DNA from: Callorhinchus milii
Lineage: Eukaryota
Reading direction: 5' to 3'
Length of the DNA: 64,000 bases
NCBI RefSeq assembly: GCF_018977255.1
Contig: NW_024704743.1
Coordinates: 29,700,001-29,764,000 of the forward strand
Below the pieces are notes generated by a model. The model saw nothing but the letters and a program-made list of their open reading frames with translations. It did no database searches and had not been told where the DNA came from. The number at the start of each line of letters is the position of its first letter. Positions within the stretch are counted from its first letter, which is position 1. Shown in pieces: positions 48,685 to 61,504 of the stretch. The translations under genes were made by a program, and so were the position numbers.

Positions 48685-50909
48685 CATAAGACCATAAGAC
48701 ATAGGAGCAGGACTAGGTCATTCGGGCCTTCGAGACTGCCCAGCCGTTTAATAAGATCATGGCTGATCTTCTAACCTAATTCCATTTACCCGCCTTATCC
48801 CCATATTCCTTAATCACTCTATCCTTTAGAAATTTATCAATTTCAGTCTTGAATATGTTCAAGGACTGAGCATCCACAACCTTCTAGGGTAGGAAATTCC
48901 ACAAATTCACTAACTTCTGAGTGAAGAAATGTTTCAACTCAGTTCGAAAAGGCTGACCCTTAATCTTTTAGATTCTCCAACCAGGGGAAATAGTCTCACG
49001 GCATCTACCCTGTCAAGAACCTTAAGAATCTTATAGGTTTCTATAAGATCACCCCTAATTCTTCTAAATGCTTGAGAATATAGGCCTAGTTTATCAACCT
49101 ATCCTCATAGGTCAAGCCCCTCATCCCAGGAACCAACTTAATGAATCTACGTTGCACCCCCGCTAAGGCTAGTATGTTCTTTCTTGACCACAGTACAGAG
49201 ACTGCGCAGTTATATCCTCTCTATCTATGACCAGGGCTCCCTCGGCCTCTGTGTCCTTTCCGCCGTGTTTGACACAGTCGATCACACCATCCTCCTGTAC
49301 CGCCTTTCCTCCGTCATCCACCTCAGTGGGGCCTCACTCGCCTGGTTCAAGACTTACCTCACAAACCGCCAGCAGTACATCTGCACAAACAACTTCTACT
49401 CCCGCTCTCACCTGGTTACCTGTGGGGTACCCCAAGGATCCATCCTTGGCCCCCTCCTCTTTCTGATCTACATGCTCCCTCTTGGGGATGTCATCCACAG
49501 ACATGGGGTACATTTCCACATGTATGCAGATGATACCCAACTCTATTTTTCCACCTCTCCTTGCGACCCCCAGTCCCCTGATGTTCTGTCAGCCTGCCTG
49601 TCAGATCTCAGGCGCTGGATGAGCGCAAATTTCCTTCAGCTGAACGTTGACAAGACGGAAGCCATACTCTTTGGCTCTCGTCAATGTCTAAAATCGCATG
49701 GTTCTCACCTCCTCCACCTACCCAACCTCCCCATAAAACTCTTTGAACCCATACGCAACCTAGGCGTCAGGTTCGACCCCCAATTATCCTTCCTCCCCCA
49801 CATCCGGTCCCTCAACAGCTCCGCTTTCTTCCACCTCCGACGGATCGCCCATCTCCGCCAATACCTCTCTCCGAAAGCTGCTGAAACCCTAGTCCATGCC
49901 TTTGTCATCTCTCGGCTGGACTATTCTAATGCCCTCCTCACCGGTCTCCCATCCACTACCATCCATAAAATCCAGATTATTCAAAACTCTGCCGCCCGGA
50001 TTTTCACCTGCACCAAACTCCGTTCCCTAATTACCCCAGTCTTTGCCAGACTGCACTGGCTGCCTGTCCCAGAGAGGATCGACTTCAAGATCCTCACCCT
50101 TATATTCAAATCCCTCCACTCCTCTGCACCACCCTATCTCTCTGATCTCCTCTCTCCTCAAAACAGTGCCCGTTGCCTTCGTTCCTCAGGGTCTGGCCTC
50201 CTCCTTGTATCCCAAGTCCTCCGCTCCACTCTCAGTGGCCGTGCCTTCAGCCACTATGCCCTGAAGCTCTGGAACTCCCTTCCTCACTCCCTTCGCCATG
50301 TCCCCTCTCTTCCTATTTTCAAGTCTCTGCTGAAGACCTTTCTTTTTGACTGCACCTTTGGTCACCTTCCTCCCCCTCCTCCTGGCTCGTCCCCGGGATC
50401 CGTTACTGTGAAGCACTCTGAGATGCAGTCCTGCGTGAAGGGCGCTATATAAATCCAAGTTGTTGTTGTTGTTATTGTTCTTAAATAAGGAGACCAAAAC
50501 TGCACACAATATTCTAGGTGTGGTCTCACCAAGGCCTTATACAACTGCAGCAAGACTTCCCTACTCTTGTACTCTAACCCTTTTGCAACAAATGCCAACA
50601 TAGCATTAGCTTTCCTAGTTGCTTGCTGTACCTGCATACTAACTTTTTGTGACTGGTGTACAAGAACACCCAAATCCCTCTGAACACTAACCCCATCTAG
50701 TCTCTCTCCCCTCTAAAAAATAATCCACTTTTCTATTTTTACTACCGAGGTGAATAACTTCACACTACCCCACATTATACTCCATCTGCCACCTTCTTGC
50801 CCACTCACCTAGCCTGTCTATTTCTCTTTGCATTCTTCATGTGTCATCCTCACAGCTTACATTCCCACCTATCTTCGTATCATCCGCAACTTTAGATATG
50901 TTAAGTGGG
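48685..50909 (-). mobile_element. CR1 LINE, 5'-truncated, split by an L2 insertion (CR1 parts 48685-49185 and 50478-50909)
   Basis: 3' repeat cataagaccataagacatagg; ORF 50362-50673 QLYKALVRPHLEYCVQFWSP; cgtatcatccgcaac (ADDT). Confidence 0.92.
49186..50477 (+). mobile_element. L2 LINE (subfamily B), 5'-truncated, with an uninterrupted ~410-aa ORF2 RT/C-terminal frame
   Basis: ORF 49184-50452: [47 protein letters not shown]; (GTT)n tail; TTCTT duplicated on both sides. Confidence 0.97.
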
Positions 50910-51654
50910 ATTTCGCACACAAAACACACGTTCAATTCACTTTCCAATATATACTATGAAGTGCTTTGAGATGGTTGGACAACATATAAGATGCTAAATT
51001 AAATGCAATCATTATTATTATTATTATATTATTATTATGAGCTCAAAGACCCATTTGTGGGGCCTGAACCCATAACCTCTGATTCAGAGGTGATGATGCT
51101 ACCAACTGAGTCAGTTAGACTATCTCTGCACTCATACTGTACTAGAACCGGATTTCATAATGGCACTGTGTTGAATCACATTAACAAACCTGAAATTTAA
51201 CTTAAATAATGTTTTAAGGAGTATCCCACCTACAAAATTTAAACATTTTACCCAAATGTCTCATGCTAAGGTGTGATTGGATGTGAGCCCCACCCAGATT
51301 TGCAATTCACCCATTCACTAAATTCCTGAAACTACTTACAGAGGAGACACCAAGGAGGGGATATTTATCAGAAGGATGTAAAAAGTCACAGGGCAATTCA
51401 TTCTAGATGTGCCCATGCATAAATCTTGTGGTTGTCTTAAGATCAACACACCTTAAACAGCTTCAGCAAACTGTATTCACAAGGAGGAATCCACAAGGAA
51501 AAAAGAAAAAGCAACAAAAAGGAGAGAAAAAAACATTCACTCTATTGCTTATCTAATGTGCTTTTATAACATGTATTTCTCTTCCTTGGTCCTCTCCTAA
51601 AGGCACTGGTCATCCATTCTCTGATACTTTGCTCAAGTGGCTATTCTTTATCAC

Positions 51655-52250
51655 AACATTGGTTTGGATGAAGAAGGCACATTTGATCGAATTCTTCCAG
51701 AACCCCATCCTATGATGCTTGATCACAGCATCAAACGTTTTTTTTAAACGAGTACAATGTCCTGGCCTCAACCACCCTTCCTGACAACCTGTTCCAGTTG
51801 TTCATTACCCACTGGGTAATTCTGGGTAAAGAAAAACTTCCTGGTGTCTGTCCTGAAATTACCCTTTGCAACTTTAAATCTGTGTTCTCTTTCCCTGCAT
51901 CATAGCATCGTATATATTGTTCTGCGTTTAGTTTCTCAATCACATTTAAAATCTTGTATACCTCTTTAAGGACCACTTTGCAGTGTCTTCTTTCAAGATA
52001 GAAAGCCCAAGCTTATCTAATCATTGCTCATCATAGCTCATACCTCCGACACTCAAGATCATCCTCATTGCTCTCCTCTACAGCCCTCTTATGTGACAGC
52101 AGCCAGACTATATTCAGTACTCTAGGTGTGATCTCACCAGATCACTGGACAGCTTCAGTATGACATCTTGGGATCTGAACTTAATTGATTTGATGATATA
52201 GACTAGCATCCTGTTTGCATTATTTATTGCTGCCTCATTACTTTGACATG
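51655..52250 (-). mobile_element. Old CR1 3' fragment
   Basis: ORF 51731-51976 EVYKILN...NNWNRLSGRVVEA; attcagtactctaggtgtgatctcacc (VRSHLEY). Confidence 0.8.
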
Positions 52251-53117
52251 GTGAGTAATCACAATCAGTCAGTTAAATGATTCTTGTGATTAGTGTGTGT
52301 GGTGGATGGATGGATTTTGTGTGTGTGTCAGGGCTTTCAATGATGGGGGAAATTTAAGGATGGAAGAATCTAAATCAAGGAGGAGACGAGTCAATCAAAA
52401 CTGATTCATACAAGTTTACAATTCCTTACTTTTCACAGCACAGTCCTCGACCATTTTCACCACCTGCTATGTGGCTGATGTCTCTGTCCTGCAGCATGTG
52501 TGAAAAAAGCCTGAGAGCACATTCTTGAAAGGGAAAGAACACCTTCCAGCCCACATTTGAATTTAGATGACATTCTTTGAGTAATCTTGAATATTTTTAA
52601 TATTTTTCACCGTGGTGCAGGAATTCCACTGCAGATGTAAAGAGTTCTATTTAGCATTTGTCACCCTTAACCAATTGGGAGTGACATTCATCAGCCCGAG
52701 GTGACGTTTTCAAATTGTTGTGGGATGTGTGAAACTGGCACACTCAACAAGAAGCAGGTGTAGCACATTCATGACATTCGTAACATGAACCTTTCCTGCT
52801 CCCAGCAGCCAGTCAATCAGATAATGATGCAGCAACGAGCTATCAAATTAGCACAGGAAAGAGGTGGATCATTAACTGATTGTTTTATGTTGTTTTTAAT
52901 TAAGTACAGACACTGCTGACAGTCAGTCTGAGTTTTCAAAACACATAATTCATTTCTTTCACTATCATCATTGTACGCATTGAGATACCCAACTTATGCA
53001 GAAGGTGCTATTAAATTAAAATTGTATTGTATCCCAACAAAGAGGTTAGGGTTAATTTTGAATAGCATGAAGTGCAAAACTACACAATTTAGAGTGTCAT
53101 TTAATCTTTATCTTTGG

Positions 53118-53470
53118 AATGAGTCTTGCAGCATAGTGCTTAGCGCACTCTCCTCACAAGCAAGAGGACTTGGGTTCGATTTCTGGGCAGGGTAAAAGCT
53201 TAGGCAAGTTTCCTACCTCCACATGCCTCTGCTTACCTAGCAGTAAGTCGGAACCTGGTTGTTAGTCGATTGGTGGATCACTTTCTGGGGGTAATAATCC
53301 CTCCCCCCCAAAAATTTGATTACTCAATCCACGATCGTTTGTGGGACACTGCAGAGCATAATTGGCTGCCGAGTTTTGCCCACAAAATACTTTACTATAT
53401 GTTCTGCGAACTGCTTTGAGACATCTCAAAGACATGGTAAAGTGTTATATCAAATGCAGGATTATTATAA
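53118..53470 (+). mobile_element. tRNA-Ala-type Deu SINE, long form
   Basis: gggttcgatttc B box; gcctctgcttacctagcagtaag; tttgtgggacactgc; tail. Confidence 0.88.
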
Positions 53471-53659
53471 ATTGTTACAATTTAATTTGTGCTGAGGAGT
53501 GCTACTGGAGTCCTCAATGGATAACAAGGAATCAGCACATGCTTACTTACACATACTTTTGAAAAAATGTTTTACTTATTGTAATTTCCAGAGAGAAGAT
53601 ATTAAGTAACAAACAAAGGAAAACTAAATTCAGAAATTTACAGCTGCATAGCAAGCAGT

Positions 53660-53980
53660 AACATAGGAGGAGGCCACGCATCAGTCAAGCCTGTTCCACC
53701 ATTTTATTAGGCAGATTGTTTAATTTCCCTTATTGCCATATCCCTTAATACCCTAAAGCAAGTATCTTTCCATCTCGCTTTTAAATATTCCAATTGATTC
53801 TGCCTCCACAGCTCTTCTGGGGCAGTGGATTCCACATTCTCACAATTCACTGTGTGACGAAATGCTTTCTGATCTCGCTTCTAACTATTCAGGTTTAATT
53901 TTAAGATTACGTCTCCTTGTTTCAGAATCCTCTATTAGAGAGCAGAATCATCTCGTTCATTTTTCTAGTCCCTTCCATGA
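53660..53980 (-). mobile_element. CR1 3' end
   Basis: acataggaggaggccacg...gattccacattctcacaattcactgtgtg. Confidence 0.7.
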
Positions 53981-54064
53981 AATGTCTCAGGAAGGTCAAG
54001 AGGCCACCAAAATGATGACTGTGGAATGCAACTGGTGAGGTTTTAATATTATACAAATTTAGTA

Positions 54065-55575
54065 TTATAGAAGGAGGCCATTCGACCTATTGAGTCCGCA
54101 TCGGCTAACAGAACAAAGAGATTAATGCCACTGCCCCATCTTATCCTCATATCCATTAAAGTCCCTCTGTTTCATATACCTGTCTACCTTCTTCTTGAGA
54201 ACCACAATGGACTCTGCCTCCACCACCCTACTTGGCAGGACATTACACACCCCAACTACTCTGGGTGAAAAAAATCCTCCTAAATTCTCCTTTCGCTCTC
54301 TTATGGCTATCTTAAAGCTATGTCTCCTAATCACTGACTCCCCTACAAATGTAAATAAGTTCTCCTTATTTACCCTATTAGAACCCCTCATACTTTTGAA
54401 CATCTCCCTCAGGACCCCCTCAACCTTCTCTGCTCCAATGATAACAGGTCCAGCTTCTCCAATCTTTCCTCATAACTGTAGCCTTTCATCCCCGGAATCA
54501 TTCTCACAAACCTCCTCTGTTTCTCCTCTAAGGCCTTAACATCTTTCCTGAAGTGAGGTGCCCAAAACTGAACACAGTAATCCAGTTGCAGCCTAACAAA
54601 TGATTTATACAAACACATTGTTATTGCTTTGCTTTGGGACTCTATGCCCCTGGGTATAAAATCAAGCATTTTATGAGCTTTCTTTACAGCCTTTGTCATT
54701 TGTGATTCCACTTTCAATGACACATGTACATGCCTTCCCAAATCCTTTTGTTTCTCAGCTCTTCTCAATCTTTCTTCCAAAATGAATCACCTCACAATTC
54801 GATTAATTAAACGTAATTTGCCACTGATCACCCATTGTGTCAATGAAATTAATTAAATTGTGTTTAAATCCTCTTACAGTCTCTTGGCAACCTCATCGCT
54901 ATACACTATACTTCCTAGCTTGGTATCAACTGCAGGCTTTGATACTGTTACCCTCTATATCCCAGTGAGGTCTTTTGATATATGTGGAACAAAGCAGCAG
55001 CCCCAATACAGAGTAGTGTAGCATTCCACAAACAACCTTTCTCTAACCAGATTTTTTTTACTCTAATCTTTGCTTTCTATCCTTCAACCAAATTTATATC
55101 CAATCCACTATGTTTCCTCCTATTCCATGTGTCCTGTAGCTCCTTTATCCTTGGTGTCCTTCTTGAACAGAGCCACATCTGCTACCCTCCAAACCCCTGG
55201 CACTCCAATAGCCTCTAAATATGCTTGGAAAATTATCGATAGAGCCTCAACTATCTCCTCTCTGGTTTCCCTCAACATTCTGGGATGCAAACCATCAGAA
55301 GCCCGTGATTTCTTGATTTTCAGTTCTCCTAACTTTTAATAGTTTTCTTTTTGATCTTTCTCTCAAATTGCTGTTGTATTCAGCATTCCTCATTCCCCTT
55401 TTAAGCTTTATTGTGGGATTATCTATCTCCTCAGTGAAAACTGAGGCAAAATACTTATTAAATAACTCTGGCCTGCCCTCCTTTTCTACCACCAATTTAC
55501 CACTTTTATCCACAACCCCCTTTCTGAGCTATCCTTTTACTTCTAATATGTTTATAAAAACCTTTACAGTTTCCT
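54065..55575 (-). mobile_element. CR1 LINE with internal deletions
   Basis: ORFs 54409-54780 (LYKSFVRLQLDYCVQFWAP), 54122-54403 and 55295-55513 (LFNKYFASVFT). Confidence 0.92.
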
Positions 55576-56277
55576 TTAGATCTTTATGGAAGGTTTGCCT
55601 CTCTCAGGAGATGAAATAAAATGCAAATGGTGTTTGGAAGGAATAGGTTTCCTAGGCGAATTGGCTTCTCTCATTTCATATTTCTTTTTGTTGTTTTAGC
55701 TCTAATTTTTTAAACACCTCTTTGCAGGTGTAAATGAATGAGTGCCATATGTACTGTATTTGCTTCAGGCTGTTAAAAAAAGAGTGAAATTAGGTGAAAT
55801 AAATTTTTGGGCACTCTCTCTGTCGTCTTCTATAAGGTGAAAAAGCAGGACTAAGGTTTATGACCCATATTCTCCGCTGCCAGCACTCAAATTCAAAGTA
55901 CAAAGAATTCTGACTTCATTGCAGCGAATGAATATTAAATTACATCCAAAAAGGTTTTCTTCCCTCTAACGATCATGCTGTCTGATCGTTAACAAATCGC
56001 CAAAAGCAGGCATGCTGTTTCCAAATGTTCAATATGTTTCTTGGCCAACAGTCTGGAATGTCAATTTGAAAATATGTGGAAAAAATATGAAAAAAAATTA
56101 TAGATTAAGGAAATGGATAATTCATACTCCCCACACTGTGCAGATGCAACAGACCTTGAATACTTTGAGAAAACGCTTAGCAACCCAGAGTGAAGCAGTT
56201 TCCTGGCTTATAAATAACTAACAGACCATTTAATGTAGTTTAGGTAGTACATTTTAAAACCTCTATAATATTGAAAA

Positions 56278-56560
56278 TAATTATAACCTTGCATTTGATA
56301 TAGTGACTTGTCATGTCTTTTGAGCCATCTCAAAGCACTTCACAGAATATACTGTAAATTGAATTGACTATATTTTTGTGGGTGAAATGTAGCAGCCGGT
56401 TGCACACAGCAGTATCCCACAAACAGTCGTGAATTGAGTGACGATTGTTTTTATTTCTCTTTATTTTTTTAAAAGGGGTTATTACACCTGGAAATGTGAT
56501 CCCCCAATCGACTGTCAAACGGGTTCCTACTTACAATGAGGCGATTGCTCTAACCAATAC
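56278..56560 (-). mobile_element. tRNA-Ala-type Deu SINE, long form, internally deleted
   Basis: ccttgcatttgatatag...gcacacagcagtatcccacaaacag...gggttcctactta...gctctaacc. Confidence 0.82.
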
Positions 56561-57059
56561 ACTACACTACAGCATTCCACATGGATCATGAAGAGACAAT
56601 AATTGGAATTATTTGAATTACATAGCATTAGAACTGTTCCAAAACTTGGGTGTAGAATGAATCCATTCCATATAAAAAAACTTGTCAATGAAAGACAAGG
56701 TTCAGATAAGGACCTGGATGCGAATACAGCACATGAATGAATAACCTTCATTCATTCATTACCTTTTACAAAAAAGGATTACAAAATAAGAACGAAAGAA
56801 AGTATGAAATGAGAGTTCAGCTTATGTCACCGTATGGGATTTGTTAAGTCTGAGAAAAAAGTTAGAAAGCTAAACCAGCCTTCAGGATCACAATTTTTTC
56901 CCCTGATTTTTTCAAATTTGCTGAAGAAGAATCACAAGATCACAAAATTGGTTTGGATGAAGAAAGTCTTTCAGACCATCTGAAGTCTGTTACGTGCTCC
57001 AAGATGCTACCAGCATGAAGGGCACATGATAAATTAAACATGTTGTTACTGTTGTTGTT

Positions 57060-57335
57060 GATCTCATCTTTCCAGAATACTCACTACTATTGCCCCATCA
57101 CAGCATTAAGCTGTTTTTTAAATAAGTCCTGGTTCTGGCCTTAACTGCCCTTCCTAGCAACCTGTTCCAGTTGTTAATTACCCCTTGGAGTAATAAAACT
57201 TTCCTGGCATCTGTCCTAAAATTGCCCTTTACAACTATAAACCTATGTCCTCTTATTCTACTATCTTTATTCATCCTAAACCACTGTTCTGGGTTTACTT
57301 TTTTAATCCTATTTAAATACATGTGCACTTCCCGC
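57060..57335 (-). mobile_element. CR1 3' fragment
   Basis: ORF 57098-57364 SRIRGHRF...INNWNRL. Confidence 0.75.
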
Positions 57336-57413
57336 AAAGGTGAGTTCCGATTTTCAAATGCCACATTTTAATCCCCATCGAAAAAAATAACAAATATTTG
57401 GTAATGAATTGAA

Positions 57414-58582
57414 TAACAACAACAATAACTTTCATTTATATAGCACTTTTCATGTCAGTAGGATGCCCTAAGGCACTGGACAATCGAGGCTCTGCACCAG
57501 AGCTTGGGATGGGGGGAGGAGTTCAGGAAGGGTAGGGGGGTGGAAGATAACCAAAAGCATGATCAGAGAGAAAAGTCTTGAGAAGGAGCTTGAAGGAGCC
57601 GAGAGAAGTGTTGAGTTTCAGTTTCAGAGTTTCATTTACATACAAAATTCCTTGTTCACTTCAACAACAACAACAAAGTTACATTTGCATAGCACCTTTC
57701 AGGTTGGAAGGATGACCCAAGATACTGGACAGTCAGTGTTTCGGCCCCGAGCTGTGGGTTGGGATTGGAGAAGGTGGAGGGGGAGATGGGTCTTGAAGGA
57801 GGCAAGGGAGGGGGCAAGGTGGAGGGACTGCTGGATGGTGTTCCAGAGGGTGGGGGGCAGAGTGGCAAAAGGCCCGCCCGCCAATGGTCGAGTTTCAGTT
57901 TCAGAGTTCCGTTTACATACAGAATTCCTTGTTCACTTCAACGACAACAATAAAATTACATTTGGAGGATGTTCCAAGGTGCTGGACAGTCAGTGTTTCA
58001 GCCCTGAGCTGGGGGCCTGCTTTACAGGGGACATGAAGCAGGCTGGAGGCCGCAGAGCAGAGGGAGTGGGCAGAGTGGTAGGGGGTTTGAAGGTCATAGA
58101 GATAGGGGGGAGTAAAGCCAGGGAGGGCTTTGAAGGTGAGGACCAGGAACTTGAACTGTATCCTGTGTGATGGAAAGCTAGTGGAGTCATGCGAGAATGA
58201 GGGTGATAGGGTCACGGAGCCTGGTGCGGGAGAGAACACTAGCTGCAGAGTTATGGATGATCTGCAGCCTTTGGAGGGAGGAGTTGGGGAGGCCGACAAA
58301 CAAGGAGTTTGCATAGTCAAGACTCGATGTTATGAATGCGTGTATGAGGGTTTCTCATCCAGGGCTTGATGTCTGACACTCATTCTGTCAGGACAGCAGT
58401 GGTCCTGGAGTCAAGGGTGGAGGCAGAGATATACATTTGGGTGTCATCCGCATACATGTGGAAGTTGACCCCATGTCTGCAGATGATGTTACCAAGAAGC
58501 AGCATATAGATATTGAAGAGGAGCAAACCAAGGACAGAGCCCTGAGGAACACCGCACGAGATGGTGCGGGGGCTAGAGGAGG
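57414..58582 (-). mobile_element. Three tandem L2 3' segments (57414-57610, 57661-57888, 57938-58582)
   Basis: Three (CAA)n tails; third segment reaches gtgtcatccgcatacatgtgg (HMYADDT) and gagccctgaggaacacc (GVPQGS). Confidence 0.88.
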
Positions 58583-58939
58583 TGACTATTACCCTATATC
58601 AGATGTATAATTAGTATTCCCATATTAAAATGTTACATGAAACACAACAAATAAGCATGGACATGATTCTATGCAAAATATGATTGAATTTTACATTTAA
58701 AATTTCATGCTATTCACAATTGAAAATTGTATTAGGTTTATTTCTAAGAGCATAGGGATGAACTACTAAAGCTTACCAAGCAGAGCAGAACAGTGCTCAG
58801 CCCAAGTTACAACTTCAGAATGTTTAGCATAACTTTACTTAGAACAACATTTACATAGAGCCCTGCGTGCAGGATACAAACCCCCTCTCTCCATCATCAC
58901 CAGGATACTGAATACCAGGTAGAAATTTTAGGGATATGT

Positions 58940-59335
58940 TAGGAAAATGTTCCACATAGGATCAGGAAGTGGCACATGTGCTAAATACGTTTTTCACATC
59001 AGTCTTCACAAACCAAGATTGTGGTCAAATTCCAACTGCAGAGTTTTTGGATCAGGAGTCTTTAACACAATTAGACACCAGTAAAGCATATGTTCTGAAG
59101 AAATTCATAAAGTAAAATGTCTATTGCGGCACCTGGGTCAAATGGAGTACATCGTAGAATTCTTAAGGAAATGAGGCAGGAAATGGTTCGTGAAATATTT
59201 GTTGATTTAGAAATATTCAAGCTGTATCTGAGAACAGGAAGATGGAGAATTTTATCCCAATATTCAAAAAAGGAATGGGACATTAACCTGCATCGAAACT
59301 ATACCAGTTAGTCTGATATTTGTAATGGGGAAAGT
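58940..59335 (+). mobile_element. Old CR1 ORF2 internal fragment
   Basis: ORF 59117-59311 APGSNGVHRRILKE; aaactataccagttagtctga (NYRPVSL-like). Confidence 0.75.
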
Positions 59336-59339
59336 AAAA

Positions 59340-59692
59340 TAACAATCTGCTATTTAATGTAATGTTTTGTCACATCAAAATGTCTTAAATAAAGCATTTT
59401 ACACCACAAGTTAATTTGAAGTGTATTGAATGTTGTTATGTAACTAATATAGTTGCTAATCTATGTTGACAATGTCCGACATGCAGCGGATGAGACAGAT
59501 GATCAATTAATCTATTCTTTTTTTAGTCCATTTGTATGCAGAAGGAATTTGTGGGACATTGCTGTGGGCAAACGGATTGCTGTGTGCACATAGAAAATAT
59601 GATCATTACATTTTACAGGACATTCTGTGAAGCATTTTGAGAGACCCCCCACATGAATGGCGCTATATCAAATGCAAGAATTAATATTGATA
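59340..59692. mobile_element. Two decayed Deu-type SINE 3' fragments in opposite orientation
   Basis: Minus fragment 59340-59520; plus tttgtgggacattgctgtg...ggcgctatatcaaatgcaag 59547-59692. Confidence 0.6.
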
Positions 59693-60099
59693 TTGCCCAT
59701 GACATTCGATATGTTTTCTGCACTTTTTCTAAATAGTGGCGTAGGTTTTTAATATCTCTTCAGGTAGAAACGCCTTGAATTAAATATCTCATTCAAAAGA
59801 TACTGCACTTTATCTAAGTATTCCACTGGAATGTCATCTTAAACTCTGAGCTCAAATTCTAATGTGGTGCTTTAAAGTAATATTTGGGATACTGTTTGCT
59901 GCTTAAGGACATTATATCAGATATTATCAAAGCTCATCTTAAAAGTATTTCAAGAGCAGAGAGGCAGTTAACATGGAATTAAGAAAGCTACTGGGGTTTC
60001 CAAATGATTTTAAAAGAGTCATTTTAAACAATACGGAGGTTCTAACAAAATAGAAAAAAAAAGGGCTGTATTAAAAAAGTGCGACAGTGATAGCACTCC

Positions 60100-60458
60100 G
60101 GGTCCTCAATTTCAAAGCCCTCCATGGACTTGCTCCACCCTACCTCTCCGACCTCCTAAGCCCCTACCAAACTGCCCGCTCTCTCCGCTCAGGAGCTCCG
60201 GCCTGCTTCACGTCCCCCACCTCACCCGCCCCACCATTGTCAGGAGGGCCTTTAGCTGCTCTGCCCCACCCTCTGAAGCTCCATCCCGCACTCCCTCCAC
60301 CTCGCCCACTCCCTTGCCTCCTTCAAGACCCGTCTCAAGACCCTCCTCTTCGACTGTGCCATCGGTCACCCTCCCTGCCATCCACCATCCCCGATCCTGA
60401 CCCCCAGCTCAGGTCCGAAACTCTTACTCCAGCCCATTGGGACATCCTCCCGACGTGA
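60100..60458 (+). mobile_element. L2 3' end (subfamily A)
   Basis: [19 protein letters not shown]; ends gggacatcctcccgacgtga. Confidence 0.88.
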
Positions 60459-61129
60459 CAAAAAGTCTCAGGGAGAAATTTTTGGCATGTTGGCTTCTCC
60501 AGTAAAATTTATGTTTGAACATGCACCAATTTTCTGCAAGTGATTCAGTTGACAGAGACCAGGAACTTCAATATTAATTGAAATATAACATGACACGTGT
60601 ATTTTAGGTTCAATGGATATGCCTAATTTTCAAAAGGAACATATTTGGAGATTGCTAATTCCAACCGCAGTTCAATCCTGACAAACACATTTGTTTGCCA
60701 AGAAATGTTATGCTTGGGTCAGGATAACTGGCGAGTAATATTTGTACCTCAGCCCATTTACCCACTCAAACTGTAACTGAATATGAATTGAAAGACTTTG
60801 GCCCAGATACTTCTCTAAGCGCAAAGCCATAAACGTGGCTTACATTAGTCCAAACAGTGCATGCATTCAGGACAAGCACAAAGTTAGTTGTACACTGGTA
60901 CAGGAAGTGGAACAAGGAACTATCAAGGTTTCAAAAAGAAACTAGACACACTCCTGGAAATTAAAAGGATTCAGAGTTATGAATGACAAGACATATGTGC
61001 CCAAGAAATCTTTTGGGGAGTTAAATGGGTAACTCCTGACTGAAACTCTCACTGCTAATACAGTGTTACTCCTATGTTTAAATTTGTCCCATAGACTCAT
61101 CAATCATTTGCAAGATGTGCTGATTGGGA

Positions 61130-61504
61130 TAATAATAATCCTTACATTTGGTTTAGTGCCTTATCAAGTCGTTGACACGTCTCAAAGCGCTTCACAGAAT
61201 ACACTGTAAAGTGTAGTAACTGTATTTTGTGGGCGAAACGCCGCAGCCGATTGCGCATAGCAGTGTCCCACAAACAGTCATGGATTGAGTGACCACATTA
61301 TTTTTGTTTTTTTGGAGCCATTATTACCCCCGGAAAAGCGATTCGCCAATCAACTAACAACTGGGTTCCTACTTACTGCTAGGTAAACAGAGGCGTGTTT
61401 GTGTGGAGTAAGGAAACTTGCCTAAGGTTTTGCCCTGCCCGGGAATCGAACCCGGGTCTTCTCACTCACAAGGCAAGCGGTCTAACCACTGAGCTACAGG
61501 ACCC
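61130..61504 (-). mobile_element. tRNA-Ala-derived Deu SINE, long form, full length
   Basis: Tail; Deu block; ctgggttcctacttactgctaggtaaacagaggc; gggaatcgaaccc (B box); ctaaccactgagctacagg (A box). Confidence 0.93.

Larger units (their letters stand above)
48500..51040 (+). mobile_element. Long-form SINE split by a CR1 insertion (SINE halves 48500-48684 and 50910-51040)
   Basis: Left half ends tggctgtcacatttc; right half resumes atttcgcacacaaaacacac...aaatgcaatcattattatt. Confidence 0.85.

Noticed and set aside
49184..50452. 422-aa ORF as a host gene or domesticated RT
   Set aside because: Typical truncated L2 ORF2 with tail and TSD inside a CR1; starts at a non-ATG codon in the flank
57559..58170. 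203-aa plus-strand ORF and similar G/R/E-rich ORFs (22900, 23207, 29135)
   Set aside because: Antisense frames of C-rich L2 sequence, which are naturally stop-poor
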